Origin: Bernardetia sp. ABR2-2B
GTDB lineage: Bacteria > Bacteroidota > Bacteroidia > Cytophagales > Bernardetiaceae
Assembly (NCBI RefSeq): GCF_037126435.1
Contig: NZ_CP147020.1
Location: forward strand, 1,715,293-1,779,292
DNA length: 64,000 nt
Direction of reading: 5' to 3'
The position numbers were made by a program, and so were the translations under genes. This document shows, piece after piece, positions 60,529 to 64,000 of this stretch (its first letter is position 1; every line of letters starts with the position of its first letter). Under the pieces are notes generated by a model. It was not told where the DNA came from, made no database searches, and was given only the letters and a program-made list of their open reading frames with translations.

Positions 60529-60766
60529 TTGGAGATAAATTAAAACTTATCTTTACTTTTAGAAGTCTTCTAAAATAGAATAAAACCTTTAGTATAATTT
60601 GAGTACAATTTATTAGGTTGAGAGAAACGTTTCTTTATTTTTATCTATCTTTTTTACTTTTGGAAAAGTATTTGCAACATCACTCATTATTAACCTAATT
60701 GTTACATTAATTATACTATTTCCTAATTCCTAATTGAACAAGTTTTTGTCCAAATAAGCAAAACGT

Positions 60767-61198
60767 ATGAAACATTTATTAATTCTTTTCTGTGCTTTTT
60801 TCTTTGTCGCATTTGCAGCTACTGACGCTCAAGCACAATGTAATACTGACCTTTATAACAACCTTGCGCTCAAAAAACTCGCTCCAGGTTACACTTTCGT
60901 AAAAAGTTACCGTATTGACGGTAAAGGAGGAAGTCGTAAAAAAATTGAATACACGTGTGTATTCAGTAAAGGTACTGATTATATGATTCGTATGGCTGGT
61001 AAAGATGGAGGACCAAATGGTCTTATTGCTACTCTTTATGACTCTCGTCGTTCGCAGTTAGCAACTAGCTACTTGAATAACAAGTATTATGATGGTCTCG
61101 TTTTCAAATGTGCATCAACAGGTATCTATTATTTGAGTTTTACTTTTAAAGACTCAAATAGTTATTGTGGAGCTGCCGTTTTAGGTTTCCGTCGCTAA
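60767..61198 (+). CDS. hypothetical secreted protein
   Basis: Signal peptide ending AQAQ, 143 aa. Confidence 0.5.
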   Translation: MKHLLILFCAFFFVAFAATDAQAQCNTDLYNNLALKKLAPGYTFVKSYRIDGKGGSRKKIEYTCVFSKGTDYMIRMAGKDGGPNGLIATLYDSRRSQLATSYLNNKYYDGLVFKCASTGIYYLSFTFKDSNSYCGAAVLGFRR

Positions 61199-61313
61199 AA
61201 CCTCGCTATTTATAGAAAAAGTTTACTAATTATATTAATTAGCTAAAGCATTACAGAGCAAAAGAACATATCTTTTGCTCTTTTTTCATGTTTAATTTAA
61301 AGAAAGGTAAATA

Positions 61314-61979
61314 ATGACAAAAAAAACAATCTCCTTTTCGCATCAAGCTAGATATTTCACTTTTGGAAATTTATCCAATGAGACAGAATATATATGGATA
61401 GTATTTCACGGATATGGACAGTTAGCTGAATATTTTATAAAAAAATTTGAAGGGCTAAATTCTCAATCTAATACTGAAAGACATTACGTAATTGCACCTC
61501 AAGGACTTTCAACAGCTTATTTGAAGAGCTTTACAGGAAGAGTGGGAGCAAACTGGATGACCAAATATGATAGAGAATTAGATATAGAAAATAACTTAAA
61601 TTACTTAGAAACTTTAATAAGCAATGAATTAAAAGATATTTCTAGCAGTAAAAACAAAAAAATAATTGTTTTAGGGTTTTCACAGGGAGCTGCTACGGCA
61701 AGTCGTTGGATTGCTCATACAAATTTTGAAATTTCTGAGTTTCTAGTATGGGGAGGAATGATAGCTCACGATATTGATAGTATTTTCTATAAAAAAATGA
61801 AAGATAAAATAACACTTTTTTACGGCGACCAAGATGAATTTATAAGTGAAGAAGGACTAAAAACAAATCTTATAAAATTAGAAAAACTAGATATTACTCC
61901 AAGTTTAATTCCCTACAAAGGTACTCATAGAATATATACAGATGTTTTAAATGAATTTATTGAAAACTCTTTAAGGTAG
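61314..61979 (+). CDS. alpha/beta hydrolase (phospholipase/carboxylesterase family)
   Basis: Nucleophile elbow GFSQGA, 221 aa. Confidence 0.65.
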   Translation: MTKKTISFSHQARYFTFGNLSNETEYIWIVFHGYGQLAEYFIKKFEGLNSQSNTERHYVIAPQGLSTAYLKSFTGRVGANWMTKYDRELDIENNLNYLETLISNELKDISSSKNKKIIVLGFSQGAATASRWIAHTNFEISEFLVWGGMIAHDIDSIFYKKMKDKITLFYGDQDEFISEEGLKTNLIKLEKLDITPSLIPYKGTHRIYTDVLNEFIENSLR

Positions 61980-62058
61980 TTTTGAGTTATTTAGACAAGA
62001 CACAACACTACTTATACATTTTTTTAACTTGATTTTTAAATTATAACTCATAATAAAT

Positions 62059-62577
62059 ATGTCGAATACACCCAAAGCAAGTCCTACTAATTTTACAGAA
62101 GAAGATTTTGTGCAACAAAAAAATCCAATAGTTACTCCTAACTCTCAAATTGATACAGAAGAACAAGTCGAAAAATCTAAATTTTATAAAGTAGCAACTA
62201 AAAAAGCAGTTAAGGTAATTGCAAGTAGAAATAAAATGTTTGCTTTACTAAATAAAGCATATAATCATTTCAATAATAAAGAAAATGACCGACCAATGAG
62301 TCAAGAGGTAAAAGAAAAATTCAAAACTCTTTTGCGTTTGATTCGTGCGCTTTACAAAAAAGAATACAAAGATTTTCCTTGGGGTTCTTTAGTAAAAGCA
62401 ACAGCAACTATTATCTATTTGGTTTCTCCATTGGACTTAGTTCCTGATTTCATTCCTTTTATTGGAATGATGGACGATTTTGCTCTTATCTCTTGGACAA
62501 TTGGCTCTCTGAGTGATGATATTAAAGACTTTGAAGATTGGGAAGAAGCTCAACAAATTGCTCGTCTGACAACATAG
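62059..62577 (+). CDS. DUF1232 (YkvA-like) domain protein
   Basis: PLDLVPDFIPFIGMMDDFALI motif. Confidence 0.65.
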   Translation: MSNTPKASPTNFTEEDFVQQKNPIVTPNSQIDTEEQVEKSKFYKVATKKAVKVIASRNKMFALLNKAYNHFNNKENDRPMSQEVKEKFKTLLRLIRALYKKEYKDFPWGSLVKATATIIYLVSPLDLVPDFIPFIGMMDDFALISWTIGSLSDDIKDFEDWEEAQQIARLTT

Positions 62578-62941
62578 AATAATAGAAAACAAAGATATTT
62601 TTATATAAAAAACTCATATCAACTTTGTCAAACTCTACTCTTGTTTTGGCAAAGTTTTTTTGTTGTCTATGCTAAATCTAAGAATTTACTTCGTTTAATC
62701 TGATAAACTCTTGACTAGATTTCTCTACAAAAAATCTTTTTGCATAATAATTGCAGACTAAGAATATAGTTGATAGGTAACATTTCACTTACTCATCATC
62801 TATTTTTAAATATATGAACTTTAGCATTGTCTTTGATTTAGATTAAAGAAAACTAATCAATATTTCAATCATACTATTTATATCCAAACTTATTTCGGTT
62901 GTATGTAACAACTTTATTCACTCTTTTTTAAGAATCTCAAA

Positions 62942-63769
62942 ATGAAATTATTTATGAAAAAATTGCTTTATTTATTCCGTATAAGCATTTTTTGTAGTGT
63001 ATGCTTTCTTATAACTACACAGGCTAATGCACAACTCTCAACAAGTTGGTGGAACTCTTTAGATAAAAACTGGAAAAAAGTTTTTATGACCAAATTTGGT
63101 GTTGGTGCTTCTCCTTCAGCTGCAGAACTAAGTAAGATTTATGCTGCCGAAAAACTTGATTGTAAAGATAGTGGACTAAGCACATTAGAACCTTTAGCAG
63201 AACTCAAAAATTTAAAAATTCTTTGGTGTGATGGTAATTCAGGAATTTCTTCTTTAGACCCATTAAGAAATATTGTAGGACTTAAAGAATTAGATTGCTC
63301 AGGAACTGGAATAAGTGATTTAGAGCCATTACGTTCAATGACAGGACTTAGTCGCTTAGATTGTTATGAAACTCGTATTTCTAACCTTGCTCCTCTTAGT
63401 GGAATGCGTAAGCTTAGAGTATTAGATTTTTCAAATACGCCTGTCAGTAATATTTTTCCGTTAAAATATATAAAGTCTTTAGAAGTGCTTTATATGGCTC
63501 GTACGAAAGTGGCTAGTCTTGCTCCTCTAAAAGACCTTACCAATCTAGGAGAACTTACTTTTTCAGAGACAAAGGTGTCAAGTCTTGCTCCTCTTTCTAA
63601 TCTTTTGAAACTTAGAGAAATCGTATTTGCAAAAACAGAAGTTTCAGACCTTTCACCTCTTAGTAGAGCAAGTACACTTTCAATTGTTTATTGTGAAAAC
63701 ACAAGAGTAACTGAAGCTACTGCAAACGCTTTACAGAAGAAACAGCCTGATTGTACAGTATTTTTCTAA
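62942..63769 (+). CDS. leucine-rich repeat (LRR) protein, secreted
   Basis: Signal peptide, then about 9 tandem 22-residue LxxLxxLxxLxxLdcsxTxisdLxPL repeats. Confidence 0.75.
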   Translation: MKLFMKKLLYLFRISIFCSVCFLITTQANAQLSTSWWNSLDKNWKKVFMTKFGVGASPSAAELSKIYAAEKLDCKDSGLSTLEPLAELKNLKILWCDGNSGISSLDPLRNIVGLKELDCSGTGISDLEPLRSMTGLSRLDCYETRISNLAPLSGMRKLRVLDFSNTPVSNIFPLKYIKSLEVLYMARTKVASLAPLKDLTNLGELTFSETKVSSLAPLSNLLKLREIVFAKTEVSDLSPLSRASTLSIVYCENTRVTEATANALQKKQPDCTVFF

Positions 63770-63799
63770 AACATTGTTTTCGTTTTTATATAAAAATCA

Positions 63800-63837
63800 A
63801 AAGTCTTTATTCAATCAAGAATAAAGACTTTTTTTAT
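63800..63837. terminator. intrinsic terminator hairpin
   Basis: aaagtctttattc AATCAA gaataaagacttt followed by a T-run. Confidence 0.65.
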
Positions 63838-63858
63838 GCTGAAATTTTGAACGAAAAA

Positions 63859-64000
63859 TTACCCTTTATACTCATACTCACTCAAATCTGTTCCCAAAAA
63901 CTTAACTATTACAGATGCTTTTTGAGAGTCAAAACAAGACTCAATTGCTTTTTCCAAACTTAGCATGACTTCATTTAATTCTCCAAAAATCTGTGTACTG
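63859..64000 (-). CDS. hypothetical protein, C-terminal fragment (continues beyond the window)
   Basis: The minus-strand frame is open from the window edge to TAA at 63861-63859 (...SVIVKFLGTDLSEYEYKG*). It replaces the overlapping + strand 70-aa ORF. Confidence 0.3.
   Translation of the reverse strand, partial: STQIFGELNEVMLSLEKAIESCFDSQKASVIVKFLGTDLSEYEYKG

Noticed and set aside
63751-63963. 70-aa + strand ORF at the window end
   Set aside because: Runs through a strong terminator hairpin (63800-63837). The opposite strand carries a more plausible open frame continuing off the window.
1-64000. Mobile elements, prophage or genomic island
   Set aside because: No integrase, transposase or phage structural genes, and no flanking tRNA or long direct repeats. 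The composition looks uniform.

Overview
This 64-kb window looks like a chromosomal segment from a low-GC (about 32% by eye) Bacteroidota genome, Cytophagia-like. Some genes start on TTG or GTG, and 7-bp simple repeats occur in intergenic regions. It is densely coding, with about 55 CDS. I found no rRNA or tRNA genes, no CRISPR array and no transposase or integrase. Housekeeping genes include the SMC C-terminus, hisS, ftsZ, a DEAD-box helicase, rlmD, an SUI1-family factor and an ALDH7-type dehydrogenase. A crtY-blh pair is also present, which implies retinal synthesis. The most unusual region is 47-59 kb. It reads, in order: a voltage-gated K+ channel, CheR, a receiver-less CheB, a small membrane GAF protein, a 1155-aa Cache/HAMP/GAF/PAS sensor ending in a PP2C (SpoIIE-type) phosphatase, a SiaB-like GHKL kinase, a DUF1987 (SiaC-like) protein with the conserved Thr68, and a TerB-domain ABCG-like transporter. 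This resembles a chemotaxis-type methylation pair coupled to a SiaABC-like partner-switching module, but with no diguanylate cyclase, MCP, CheA or CheW. A second PP2C sensor (propeller-GAF-PP2C, 1271 aa) lies next to an orphan OmpR-type response regulator at 21-26 kb. Other notable structures are three tandem membrane-protein paralogs joined by about 95-bp identical junctions, a roughly 22-copy GATTAGT heptamer array that overlaps a stop codon, a related TTCGTAA array and dispersed CGTAAT motifs, a duplicated 3'-end element, and a perfect 26-bp palindrome.
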